Positions 25,078 to 37,000 of a DNA stretch of 64,000 nucleotides are shown here, one piece after another. Both the position numbers and the translations under genes were made by a program. The notes beneath the pieces were generated by a model that was not told the origin of the DNA, ran no database searches, and saw only the letters and a program-made list of their open reading frames with translations. Positions within the stretch are counted from its first letter, which is position 1. Every line of letters starts with the position of its first letter. Origin of the DNA: Prasinococcaceae sp. CCMP 1430 (lineage: Eukaryota > Plantae > Prasinodermophyta); NCBI GenBank assembly GCA_013416795.1, contig RQSC01000026.1, positions 1 through 64,000 on the forward strand. Direction: 5' to 3'.

Positions 25078-27309
25078 ATGGCGCCCGGCATGGCGCCCGG
25101 CGCCGTGCCGTACGGCCTGGAGGACATCCGCGACAAGAAGCGCGTGCCGCTGCCCACCACCGACGGCACGGGCATCTACGGCTTCGACGACGCGCTGGGC
25201 GGGCACCACGGCCACCTGGGCTACCGCTGGGACCAGTACAAGCGGATGCGCTACGCCATCGAGGAGAACGAGGGCGGCCTGGAGAAGTTCTCGCGCGGCT
25301 ACGAGATCTACGGCTTCACCGAGACGGACGAGGGCATCTGGTACCGCGAGTGGGCGCCCGGCGCGCACTCCGCCTCGCTCATCGGCGACTTCAACGGCTG
25401 GAACGCCGGCTCGGACCCCATGACCAAGAACGAGTTCGGCACCTTCGAGGTCTTCCTGCCCAACAACGCCGACGGCACCCGCGCCATCCCGCACGGCTCC
25501 AAGGTGAAGATCCACCTCCTGACCGCGAGCGGCGAGTGGCAGGACCGCATCCCGGCGTGGATCAAGTTCGCCACGCAGGACCCCGGCGCCATCCCCTTCG
25601 ACGGCATCTACTACAGCCCGCCCGAGGAGGAGCGCTACAAGTTCAAGCACGCGCGCCCGCGCAAGCCGGAGAACCTGCGCATCTACGAGGCGCACGTGGG
25701 CATGTCGTCGGAGCACCCGGTCATCAACTCGTACGTCGACTTCCGCGACAACGTGCTGCCGCGCATCAAGAAGCTGGGCTACAACGCCGTGCAGCTCATG
25801 GCCATCCAGGAGCACGCGTTCTACGGCTCGTTCGGCTACCACGTGACCAACTTCTTCGCGTGCTCGAGCCGCTGCGGCACGCCCGACGAGCTGAAGAGCA
25901 TGGTCGACCGCGCGCACGAGCTCGGCCTGCACATGATCGTCGACATCGTGCACTCGCACGCCTCGAACAACGTCAACGACGGCATCAACATGTTCGACGG
26001 CACCGAGGGCCAGTACTTCCGCGAGGGACCGCAGGGCTACCACTGGATGTGGGACAGCCGCTGCTTCAACTACGGCTCGTGGGAGGTCATGCGCTTCCTG
26101 CTCTCGAACGTGCGCTGGTGGGTGGAGGAGTACAAGTTCGACGGCTTCCGCTTCGACGGCGTGACCTCGATGATGTACGACCACCACGGCCTGAGCGTGG
26201 CGTTCACCGGCGACTACAACGAGTACTTCGGCATGGCCACCGACCAGGAGGCCATGGTGTACATGATGCTCGTCAACGACATGCTGCACAACCTGTACGA
26301 CTTCACCACCACCATCGCCGAGGACGTGTCGGGCATGCCCGCGCTGTGCAGGCCCGTCCACGAGGGAGGCACGGGCTTCGACTACCGCATGAACATGGCG
26401 GTGGCCGACCTGTGGCAGGACCTCTTCAAGGACGCCGTGCCCGACGAGAACTGGGGCATGGGCCACATCACCTTCACCATGACCAACACGCGGTGGGGCG
26501 AGAAGACCGTCGGCTACGCCGAGTGCCACGACCAGGCCCTCGTGGGCGACAAGACCATCGCCTTCTGGCTCATGGACAAGGACATGTACGACTACATGTC
26601 CTCGCTGAGCCCCGCGAGCGACACCGTCAACCGCGGCATCGCGCTACACAAGATGATCCGCCTGCTGACGTTCTCGCTCGCCGGCGAGGGCTACCTCAGC
26701 TTCATGGGCAACGAGTTCGGCCACCCCGAGTGGATTGACTTCCCTCGCGCGGACCGCGAGGAGCGCGGCAAGTTCATCCCTGGCAACGGCGGCTCTCTGC
26801 ACCACTGCCGCAGGCGCTGGGACCTCGCGGACGCCGACCATCTGCGCTACCACTACCTGATGGACTTCGACCGCAAGATGATGCACCTCGACATCGCCTA
26901 CGGCTTCATCAAGCACGGCCACAACTACATCTCGCGCAAGGACGAGGGCGACAAGATGATCGTGTTCGAGAAGGGCGACCTGGTGTTCGTCTTCAACTTC
27001 CACCCGTACCACTCGTACGCCGACTACCGCGTGGGGTGCAACGAGGGCGGCAAGTTCCTGTGCGTGATGAGCTCGGACCTGCCGACCAGCGGCGGCTGGA
27101 ACAACCTGCACGAGGGCACCGAGCACTTCGCCGACATGATGCAGCACGACAACAGGCCCGCGAGCTTCCAGTGCTACGCGCCTGCGCGCACGGTGGCGGT
27201 GTATGCGCCCGCGCGCTTGGTGGAGGAGGGGATTGCGCCGGCGTGGTGGTACGACGACTGGGAGCCCACGCTCGCGCACGCGGACCCGAACCCGCAGTAC
27301 CTCCAGTAA
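25078..27309 (+). CDS. SBE: Starch (1,4-alpha-glucan) branching enzyme, GH13, intronless
   Basis: [87 protein letters not shown]. First ATG at 25078. No transit peptide evident. Confidence 0.97.
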   Translation: MAPGMAPGAVPYGLEDIRDKKRVPLPTTDGTGIYGFDDALGGHHGHLGYRWDQYKRMRYAIEENEGGLEKFSRGYEIYGFTETDEGIWYREWAPGAHSASLIGDFNGWNAGSDPMTKNEFGTFEVFLPNNADGTRAIPHGSKVKIHLLTASGEWQDRIPAWIKFATQDPGAIPFDGIYYSPPEEERYKFKHARPRKPENLRIYEAHVGMSSEHPVINSYVDFRDNVLPRIKKLGYNAVQLMAIQEHAFYGSFGYHVTNFFACSSRCGTPDELKSMVDRAHELGLHMIVDIVHSHASNNVNDGINMFDGTEGQYFREGPQGYHWMWDSRCFNYGSWEVMRFLLSNVRWWVEEYKFDGFRFDGVTSMMYDHHGLSVAFTGDYNEYFGMATDQEAMVYMMLVNDMLHNLYDFTTTIAEDVSGMPALCRPVHEGGTGFDYRMNMAVADLWQDLFKDAVPDENWGMGHITFTMTNTRWGEKTVGYAECHDQALVGDKTIAFWLMDKDMYDYMSSLSPASDTVNRGIALHKMIRLLTFSLAGEGYLSFMGNEFGHPEWIDFPRADREERGKFIPGNGGSLHHCRRRWDLADADHLRYHYLMDFDRKMMHLDIAYGFIKHGHNYISRKDEGDKMIVFEKGDLVFVFNFHPYHSYADYRVGCNEGGKFLCVMSSDLPTSGGWNNLHEGTEHFADMMQHDNRPASFQCYAPARTVAVYAPARLVEEGIAPAWWYDDWEPTLAHADPNPQYLQ

Positions 27310-28916
27310 GCTGAGTGGGTACGTCCGGGGTGGCGCATGGGTGCGCACCGGGATGGCCACCCCGCGCGCACGGGGGACGAGCCACGCGTGGCGGACAGGC
27401 CCGCCGCGAGGAGCGAGAGGGGGTGCGCCCAATTGACGGCCGCCCCCCTGTGCCCGACCTTGTACTCTATATAGTGTTTTCAAGAGGAAGAACATGCGCG
27501 CGCACCGATGGGCGGCGTGTAAGTACCCTTTTTTGCCCCGTGGCAGCAGGAGCGCATCGCCGCAGCGCGGTGCCGCGTGGAGCGTGTCTGCGCCCCCGAC
27601 CCCAACCCGCCCGGCCCTGCCTTAAGCTGCCTCACCACGGGACACTCATTGGTGCCGTGGCGTATTGAAGACTCCCCCCCAGCTGCTGAGCGCACTAGCG
27701 CCGCTGGCGGTCGACGCCGCGGGGGGGCGTTCGGCGGGCACTGCAGTGCTGCTGGGCGGCTCGTCGGTGGGCGCGGAGGCATCGAAGGGCACCACGCCCG
27801 GCTTCCGCCCGCGCGGCGCCGACGGCGTGCGGCGCTCGACGGCGTGCTCGGGCGTGCTCAGCAGCACCTCGGGGACGGGTCCCTTCCCAAGGCGGTCGTC
27901 CCCCAGGGCAGCTCCGCCGCGCAATTGCATGCCGCCCGCGGTGCCCGCCGTCAGATTCACTGGACGCTGTGAAGCGCGCGCGCGGGGAGGCAGCTTAGCG
28001 CTGACCACCCTCGGCCCGGTGCGCCGAGTCCCGGCAGAGCGAGCGGTCGCTGGCGTGGCGAGAGCCACACCGGCGCGGCGCAGCCTCGCTGCCTCTCCCC
28101 TGTTGCACGGCTCGACCCAGCAGAGCTCCGCGGGAGCAGCAGAGGACGACGCGCTCGCGAGCGCTCGTACGTCCGTCTGCAGACGCCAGGAGCGCATCTT
28201 GGTGCGATTGGCCGGGTAGACACACATGCGCTGCTGCGCGGCACTGGCGACGCGCCGCTGGGCGGCCGTCGCGTACCTTCGCAGCCTGCGTGCAGATGCG
28301 GGGCCGCGTTGGCGCGAAGCTTTCCCAAGGCCGTGGCGACCGTCGTCATGCACGGCCGCGGGGGCGCGCCCGCATTGCGCATATGGCAACGCCCACGGAT
28401 CGCGTTCGCCGCGGCCTTCGCCTATGCTATCCTGCGGATACGAACCAAGTGCCGTAGGCTCGCGTCCGCTGCGGGGGCGCGTCGGCTGCGGCAACGGGAC
28501 CGCCTCGGTAGCAGCGCTCTCTGTGAGCGAGAATGCGTCGGACTCGCACCCCGCCGCGGCGCCCAACGCGCCGGCGGCCGCGCGCGCGGCCCATCGCTGG
28601 AAGGCCGGCGCGTCCACCCTGGCGCTCGCCGGCGCCACGCTGGCGCCGCGCGCGCTCCGCGCCCGTTGGGGGGACGGCGCATATCAAAGCGCATGCGTCG
28701 AAGCGCCCCGCGCGACCGAAGCCGCGCCCCTCCGCACCCCCCGCTTTCGGCGTGAATAAAGGGTTTATGATGTACACAGGGTTTATTTTGTGGGGTGGGA
28801 GCGAGGAGGCCGTCGCGCTCGCGCTCCCGCCGCGGCGTCGCGCTGGCGCTCGGCGCGGCCGTCGCCGCCGTCGCGCCGGGGCGCGCCGCGGCGCGTCTAC
28901 CGGTGTTCCGAGCGGC

Positions 28917-30319
28917 CTAGGCGCCCACCTCTCGCCCGGTCGCGTTGTCGCCGATCTTTATCCAGCGCTCGGTCTCGGGCCTTGACGCGCCCACGACCAT
29001 GGGCGCGCCGGTCCCCTCGAGGACCGCCACGTCGTACAGCTCGTGGATGGCGCCACCAACGACGACTGCATGCGCGGGCTTGCCTGTGCGCAAGTCAACC
29101 ACGTAGACGCCGCAGCGAGGCTCCGCCTTGCGGCGCTCGAGCTCCTGGCCAAGGGGCAGGTCCGAGAACACGGAGTATCTTGGCATGGAAAGGCCGACGA
29201 CTGCGAAGGCCCCCGACGGAGAGAAGCGCAGCCCACGCGCGAAGCCTGGGAGCCACGCGTGGCGGACGAAGGCCTCCTCGGGCGTCGCGGCGTCCATGTT
29301 GACCCATCCAAGCCAGCCAGTGCCGGCCTCGAGGAGCCAAAGCTTCCCCTCGTGCATCCGCGGCGAGTGAGGCATGCTGAGCCCCGCACACACAACCGTG
29401 TTCGTCCGGCAGTCCCATACCTGTCCTCCACCCGCTCTGTGCTGTCGCCAGCCGTCTTTCTCGTCGGCTGGCCCGACGACGGTAGCATATGCGAGCTTCG
29501 TGGGGTCAGCAGGGTCCATGCAGAAGCCGTTGAGGTGGCAGCAGTCCTCGGCGCGCACGGCGGTGAGGAAAGGTGGCATCCACACGGGCGAAAGCGAGCC
29601 GCTCGCCGGGTCGAGCTGTGCCACGCAGTTGAGCGCCGTGCACGCGGCCAGCACGCGACCATCCGGTGTCTCGACCAGCTCGTGGGCGTCAACGCGGCCA
29701 GTGAAGTGCGCCTCGCGCGGTGCCAGCACACGGTCCCAGCGCGCGCCGCGCGCGTCGGCGAAGGGACCGCCGCTCTCGCGCAGTGCGTTTGCCAGACGGT
29801 ACGCCGCTGCCGCCGTCGATATCCGCAAGTCGCCAGACGCCGTCGGTGACAGCGCCATGGCCTTGTCGAAAGAGCACTGGCTGATCGAGGGGCCCGAGCC
29901 ACCGCCCAGCCCGGGACCAACCAGGAACACCTTGCCGTACGTGTAAGTGGAGAAGCCAAGCGACACGTCCTCGGCGCGCATCCATGCTGCGAGGCCTGCC
30001 GAGAGGCTTACCTGCGAGGTCGCGACGGGCGGGCGGCGCGCGGGAGGTCAGCGGCTGCCTGGACGGAGTTGCACGCTAGCTCAGTGCGCGCATGCACCAT
30101 CCGAGAGAGAAAGAGAGAGAGAGATGGCGCATTTGAGGAGTCGACAGGAGGAGGAAGAGGACGCGGAGCGCGCACCTTTGCTTGCTGCGCGGACGCAGCA
30201 GACCCCTCCGCGCCAGGGAGCGGCCGGTCACTCGAGACGGCCGGCGCGCCCTTCAGACGGGGCGGCGACGCGCCTCCGGGGGATACCTCGGCGGAGGCGC
30301 GCCCAGGCAGCGCGCCCAT
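28917..30319 (-). CDS. TIGR03032/DUF4915 family protein (exons 30319-30176, 30011-28917)
   Basis: SLGFSTYTYGKVFLVG, VDAHEL, WMPPFL...AEDCCHLNG, GLSMPHSPRMHEGKLWLLEAGTG, LPGFARGL, GLSMPR, IHELYDVAVL. Phase-0 GT-AG intron with a CTGAC branch point. Confidence 0.85.
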
Positions 30320-31089
30320 GGCCACAGCCGCCGCCGCCGCAGCAGCAGCTGCGGCGCTGAGCGCGCAGCGGGCGCCCTCCCCGCTCCCTCCATCCCCCCC
30401 CCGGCCGCCCCGCTGCCGCNNNNNNNNNNNNNNNNNNNNNNNNNNNNNNNNNNNNNNNNNNNNNNNNNNNNNNNNNNNNNNNNNNNNNNNNNNNNNNNNN
30501 NNNNNNNNNNNNNNNNNNNNNNNNNNNNNNNNNNNNNNNNNNNNNNNNNNNNNNNNNNNNNNNNNNNNNNNNNNNNNNNNNNNNNNNNNNNNNNNNNNNN
30601 NNNNNNNNNNNNNNNNNNNNNNNNNNNNNNNNNNNNNNNNNNNNNNNNNNNNNNNNNNNNNNNNNNNNNNNNNNNNNNNNNNNNNNNNNNNNNNNNNNNN
30701 NNNNNNNNNNNNNNNNNNNNNNNNNNNNNNNNNNNNNNNNNNNNNNNNNNNNNNNNNNNNNNNNNNNNNNNNNNNNNNNNNNNNNNNNNNNNNNNNNNNN
30801 NNNNNNNNNNNNNNNNNNNNNNNNNNNNNNNNNNNNNNNNNNNNNNNNNNNNNNNNNNNNNNNNNNNNNNNNNNNNNNNNNNNNNNNNNNNNNNNNNNNN
30901 NNNNNNNNNNNNNNNNNNNNNNNNNNNNNNNNNNNNNNNNNNNNNNNNNNNNNNNNNNNNNNNNNNNNNNNNNNNNNNNNNNNNNNNNNNNNNNNNNNNN
31001 NNNNNNNNNNNNNNNNNNNNNNNNNNNNNNNNNNNNNNNNNNNNNNNNNNNNNNNNNNNNNNNNNNNNNNNNNNNNNNNNNNNNNNNNN

Positions 31090-34000
31090 GTCCTTGCACT
31101 TCTCCTTGGAAGAGTTCCACTTGCAGGCGCTCTCCGCATTGCACGTGCTCTTCTTGCTGAAGGTCGAGCAGTCCACTGCCTCCTCCTCCACTTCGTCCTC
31201 CTCCCGGTCCTTGCACTTCTCCTTGGAAGAGTTCCACTTGCAGGCGCTCTCCGCATTGCACGTGCTCTTCTTGCTGAAGGTCGAGCAGTCCACTGCCTCC
31301 TCCTCCACTTCGTCGTCCTCCTTGTCCTTGCATGACTTGGAGCTCCACTTGCAGGCGCTCTCCGCATTGCACGTGCTCTTCTTGCTCAGGGTCGAACAGT
31401 CTGTCTTGCACGTGGACGTGGAGTCGCTCCATTCGCACGCGCTCTCCGCATTGCACTTCTTTTTCTTGCCAAATGTCCTGCAGAGTTCCTCGAGCGATTG
31501 TGGCGGCGGGCTCGGCGGTGGGCTCGGCGGCGGGCTCGGCGGCGGGCTCGGCGGCAGGCTCGGCGGCGGGCTCGGCGGCGGGCTCGGCGGCGGGCTCGGC
31601 GGTAGCGGTGGGCTAGGCGGTGGACTCGGCGGCGCGCTCGGCGGCGGGCTGGGTGGGGGGCTTGGCGGCGCGCTTGGCGGCGGGCTCGGTGGCATGCTCG
31701 GAGGCGGCGGGGGTGGCGGGCTGGGTGGCGGCGGTGGGCTGGGCGCTATGGGCGCGGTAGGATAGTGCTTGAGCTCACGCCGACAGCAGCGGATGCGCGC
31801 CACGTTCGACCAGTCGGTCGCGCCAACATTGCTGGGCGCTACGAAAATGCCCGTCATGGTCCACTCAGCGGGGCACACATACACGAGGCTCGATGCCGCA
31901 AGGCCAACACCCGATAGGCCGGACTCGGCGACCTCGTGGTCCTCGCACGCGACGTCGACCTTGAGGGTGCTGGCGTTGTACTTGGGAATTCCGCAGAAGG
32001 CGCCTGTAAGACAGGCCAGATGCTCGCTCGCGGGGTCGCACTCGTCCGCCGTGGCAGGGACAAGGGCGCGCAGCGCCTGACCAGGAGGGCACGTAAACCA
32101 ACTCGGCTGAAGCGCGTTGATGGCGCCCTTGATATTCCATTCTGCATACGTGATGTCATAGGTGATCGGCGCGGACCTGAGCTCTGTCATGTCCTCCAGA
32201 CCGTCCATCACGTCTTCTCCTTCCGGGATGGTGGCAGTGCAGCACTTGATGGATGCCAGGTCGGAGAAGTCTGCCGAGCGTGCTGTGAAGCCGCGGATGG
32301 CGTCGTTTAGCTCGGGGCAGGAGACGTACTTGTGCATGAATGGCTCGGGGAGGGTGCGATCTTCGCATTCGGTGAAGCTCGTGTCGCATCGGATCCCCTC
32401 AGGTCCTTCGACGGAGACGGCACAGCAGCGCCACTCCACGATGAGCTCCGAGGCTGTCGATCGCGTCGAGAGCGACGAGATTGCGCTGCCAGCATCGCAG
32501 GTGACCAACGCCTGGGCCATCGACGCGAAAGTTGCACTGGCCTCCTGGCATTCAGGTGCGAAAGCCCAGTTCCAGTCGTCGACGATGTTCCCCCCACACG
32601 ATCGCGCGACCGCGCATGCGACGCGAGACGTGAATTCGCCCTCAGCACACTCGGCCGCCGAGCTGACGCTTGTCATCTCAGACTGCAGCGAGCGCCGTGC
32701 GCCCACGGGCGCGCCGGTGACCTCACAGCAGCGGAACTTTTCGATGCAGTACAGGTCGTTGCACGCACTGCGATACAGGCCAGTCATGACGGAGTCGCCA
32801 GGGCATGTGTGAGTGCCCGCGCTGTCGAAGGCGACGGTGACGTCGTGATCGAAGCACGATGAGGTCGTCACACCCGAGGGTAGACGCCCGCACTGCAAGC
32901 TTTCCACACAGTAGATTTCGTCGCAGTCCCCGCGGTACATGCCCATCAGCACGGTGTCCGCAGGGCAGAGCGCCCAGTTTTCCGAGTCGAAGAGCGTCGC
33001 AATATCCGTCTGCTCAGTCGCGAGCCGAATCGCCTCGCCTCCAGCGGTCAGCGAGCGGCACTGCATGGCCTCGATGTTGTAAAGCCTCCCCGGGCCGCTC
33101 TCGCTGCGTTCCAGACCCGCCAAGGCAGCATTGTCACAAGCACCCCAGCCCGCCTTGTCGAAGGAGAGCGATATATCGAGCCGCTGGGCGGCCTCCAAGG
33201 ACGCCGACGCGAGGGCGCCGCCAGAGTCGCCCGAGGCGCCGCCAGTCAGCGCGCCCGAGTCGGCCAGCGAGCCCGCCCACACGCCGGCGAGGTACTCTCC
33301 TCCAAGGCACGAGGAGTCAGTGAAGCCACCTCTGGGGTACTGCGACGCTGGGCTGGCGCACCCGCCGACCTCTGCGTAGCGCGCCTGAGCCTGCACGTCG
33401 GCGCCGCCGGCCCGCACGCCACCGACCTTGACGCAACCGATCATCAACTTGTAGGAGCCGCTCTGCGAGCATGCATCGCTCACACCGATGACATGACCCA
33501 TGACATGTCCCTCCGGACACTCAATGCCCCACGCCTGGCCGTCCCTGATGCACGCCGTGGTGAGCCACTGTGGCGTAGTGAGGTCGTCAAAGTAGGTGTC
33601 AGGCGTGGGCTCGATCGGCAGCGGCTCAACGGGGGGTTCTACCACGTCGCTACGGAGCCCCCCACCGTTGAGAAGGTCCAACGACCAGCTCTCGCCCCCG
33701 TGCTCGCCGTTGCCATCGAGGTACAGCTTCTTGCCTTCCATTTCGGGCGCACTCGCGCAAAAGGAAACCGAAAGGTCGAGCAGTGACTTCGGACCGATCG
33801 TGATGGCGTCCTCGAGGCCCGTCATGATAACGTCGAGTAGCGTCGCACTGTTCTGTGCCATACGCCCCACGGCGCCGGCCAGCGCATCGGCCGGGTTGCC
33901 CAAGGCGCCTATCACGTCGATGCCGAAGGGGCAGACGGGGAAGTGATTTTTCGCGATCCGCGCCAACGGCGACATGAACTCTTTCGCTTGCTGCAAGTTC

Positions 34001-37000
34001 TCGTTCGCCTCGAGTTCACCCACGAACTTGGGCTTGGGCGCCTTGTCCAACAACGCCTGCATCTTCTGCTTGACGGTCGCGCCCACTTTGTCGAGACTGT
34101 CTGCAACGACGCCAGACCACTTGATCCCCAGGACAATCGTCGCCTCCAACGAGATGTACGCCCCAGCCCTGATTGTCGTCGTTTCGCCGCTGTCGTCGCA
34201 GCTGCCGATGACGATGGGCTCCTCATACATGTTGCCAGCGGCGGTGGGAAATCCTTTCTGCAGCTCGGTTTGCTTGCCCACCGATACGTCGGCGCCGATC
34301 GCAAACTTGGTGTTCAATGCGAATTGCGGCCCGAGGCACTCTGTGAGAATGCAGATGGCAACGCTGCCGCTGACCTGGATGGCCGCCGAGAACTGCGCCG
34401 AGACCTGGGCAGAGGGCAGCACGGGGCCCGTGACATGCGCTCGCCCGCCCGTGATCACCCCCGTCAGCAGGTCGAAGTCCATCCAGAGGCCGTCGAGCGG
34501 CACTCGCATGGCAAGTTCGTCGATGTTCAGCTTCACTTGCGCGAGCAGCTCAGTCACGTCGAACGAAAACGCCGCGGCAAAGCCCAGCCACGCCAACGGC
34601 GGGAACGGGATGTTCCACTGAAGGTGCGCGTTCAGGGGCAGCTGATCGGCCAGATGTGCGAGCAGGTCCCACGTTCGCAAGTAGCTGACGCCGCCGCCGA
34701 GCAGAGACAGCTGGGGCAGCACCTCCACGCGCGTCTTCAGCTTCGTGACCTTGATTAGATCCATCAAGCCGCCAACGTCGTCCTTCAGCGAACGATCCAT
34801 TCGGCGGCGGCGCTCCTGCGGCAGGTGCTCGGCCAGCTCATCATTGGCGAGCGCCCGTAGCGCGTCGGCGACGTCTGGGCGCACGTCGAGCAGCCCGCGC
34901 CCACCGCTGAGAAGCCTGCGGCCTTCGGAGGAGTTCAGGTCACTGAAGTCAAAAGACGCCAGCTTGTCGTAAAGCTTTTGGATGAGTGGCGCAGATGACA
35001 GAAAGTCGCGCATGCTCTCGCGCAGTGCGCTCAGATCAAGCTCGAACTCCTTGAGCTGAAAGCAAATGGGGAGATCGAGCTCGATCGTGACGTCGTCGTA
35101 ATCAAACGCGCGCTCGCTTTTGTCCTCATAAACCTCCTCGCCCTCTTCGTTCTCATAGCTATAGTAGTCATCCGCATCCATCAGCCTGCGGCGCGCAGCC
35201 TCGCTTGCCCACGGAGCGCGCGGCGCCGCGGAGCCGCTCTCGCGCGTCCAGCGCTTCACATACTGGCCGAAGGTGTGGCGCATGGCCGCCAGGAGCTTGC
35301 TCATCTGCGGGTACGTGACGCGGTACTTTGCAGTCACCGCCTCGACAGTTGCCCGCTCCTGGTTGCGACTCCCGACGCGCTTGCCGAGCGCGCTGCACGT
35401 CGCTCCCGTCTGGTTGAAAGGCGCTTTGCGGCCGTTCGGCGCGCAGTCAACATCGCCACCGCCATCGTAGGACAGCGTGCGATGCAGCTCGCGCGCACCG
35501 AACACGCCCACGCGCTTAAAGGGCGCTATGTGTCCGCCTGCCGTGTCCAGGACGGGAAGCGGGATCATTTGGTGGATGCGCGCAGCGATCTCGGTGCCGA
35601 GCATGCGACGCCCGCGGCCGCCGCTGCAGGGTTCGCCCTCGCGAAGCGTCGCGTTTAGCTCCGCGCCGGCGCTCGCGTTTGCGACCGCGCCAACGAGGGA
35701 GTTGACCCACCCGTGGAGCGTGACGAGCTCGTCATTCACTGCTGCGGTGGGCACGAAGCGGCGATTGTACGCAGCGCATGGCTCTGAGTGGCCGCCCTCC
35801 TCACCCACGGCGTCGCTGTCGACGCAGTCCCACACGACGCGCTGCAGAGGCTTGTGCGCGCCGTGGTTGACGCTATTGAGGTACTTGCCAGACCAGGTCA
35901 CCTCGCCGCAACCGGCGAGCTCGTCGCCATTGAAGTAAACGTACTCCGGTGTGAGCGCGCGCACGAGGGCAGCCCAGTCGACGCCCTTGGCGTACGCCCA
36001 CGCGGCGGAGACGCACTCTTCGCTGCCGTCGCCGCCGGGGCAGGGTTCGTCAAGAAACGCGCGTGTTGCATACGCAGCCTCGTAGATGGCGGCTGCCCGC
36101 GTGGGACTCGTGCTCCAGCCCCCCACGGAGGCGGCAGCCACGGCCCACTCGAGCGTAGGCGCCAGGTCGTCGGCGAGCAGTGCCCACTCCGCAACGAACT
36201 CGTGCGGCTCGGGCACGAAGTGCGAGAAGCCGCGGTTGATCAATGTGGAGCCTTGCACGTCTCGCACGGACGAGAAATTGCGCGCGAGACGCGGGCGGTG
36301 GTCGTCGCCGGGCTGCGAGAGCATGCGGCGGCCCAGACCCTGGGCCCCGAGGTCGAACGATATCACGGCGTTGTCTTCGCGGCTGCACTGAAAGAGGCAG
36401 AAGTTGGTGAGCGCGCGCGCGAGGTTTTCCGTGATCTTCGTCCGGATGACTTCAAGTCCGGGCAGCATCTCGTCCAAGATCCAATCCTTTATCATTTCTT
36501 TGATCTCGTCGATCGAGATGCCGAAGATTCCCAGCAGCCCGTCCGCCACGTCCTCAATCTTCTCGACGACGAATTCTACCACATCCCCCACGACATTCAG
36601 AATCATGTCGCCGGCATTAGCGGCAGCCTGGCACATGTCGTCGAACGTGTCGCTCAGCGGCTGAGTAGCGACGGTAACCACCTTGTCCGCGACCTTCTTA
36701 CCCAAGTTTGCGGCCTTCTTAGCAAACAGCAGCTGCCTTTTGGAGCTGCCGCCCAGCGCGTTACCCGAGAAGGCCTGAGGGTCGACTTCGATCAACTCTT
36801 CGATTGAGGCAATGTAAGCGTCGACGTTTGCAACGTCTTCGATCACTATCGTGTCTGTGAACTGCGGCACGGGCGCGCCGCCGGTGCCGTACACGCCCAT
36901 CATGACCACGCGGGGCGCGAGCTGCGAGGTGGTGCTAAACGTGACCACCGACGCCCAGTACGTTGCGTTGAGTTCTGGCCTCTCGATGACGTCGCGCCTC

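Noticed and set aside
27646-28755. ORFs 27646..28638 (-), 27665..28219 (+) and 28309..28755 (+)
   Set aside because: No recognisable motifs, codon bias or splice support on either strand. An orphan gene cannot be excluded. No missing kinesin switch II exon was found here.
30253-31089. Apparent C-terminal extension of protein A across the gap, and other ORFs read through N runs
   Set aside because: The ORF caller treats N as non-stop. The sequence beyond the gap belongs to the 5' region of the DUF4915 gene.
31091-31420. Regular 117-nt repeats as a possible CRISPR array
   Set aside because: No unique spacers, in-frame coding repeat, eukaryotic context and no cas genes.
33900-34750. Aerolysin-type pore-forming domain in the giant proteins
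   Set aside because: The region is beta-rich, but I could not identify the aerolysin/ETX-MTX2 Ser/Thr-alternating hairpin signature. Toxin function therefore stays a hypothesis.
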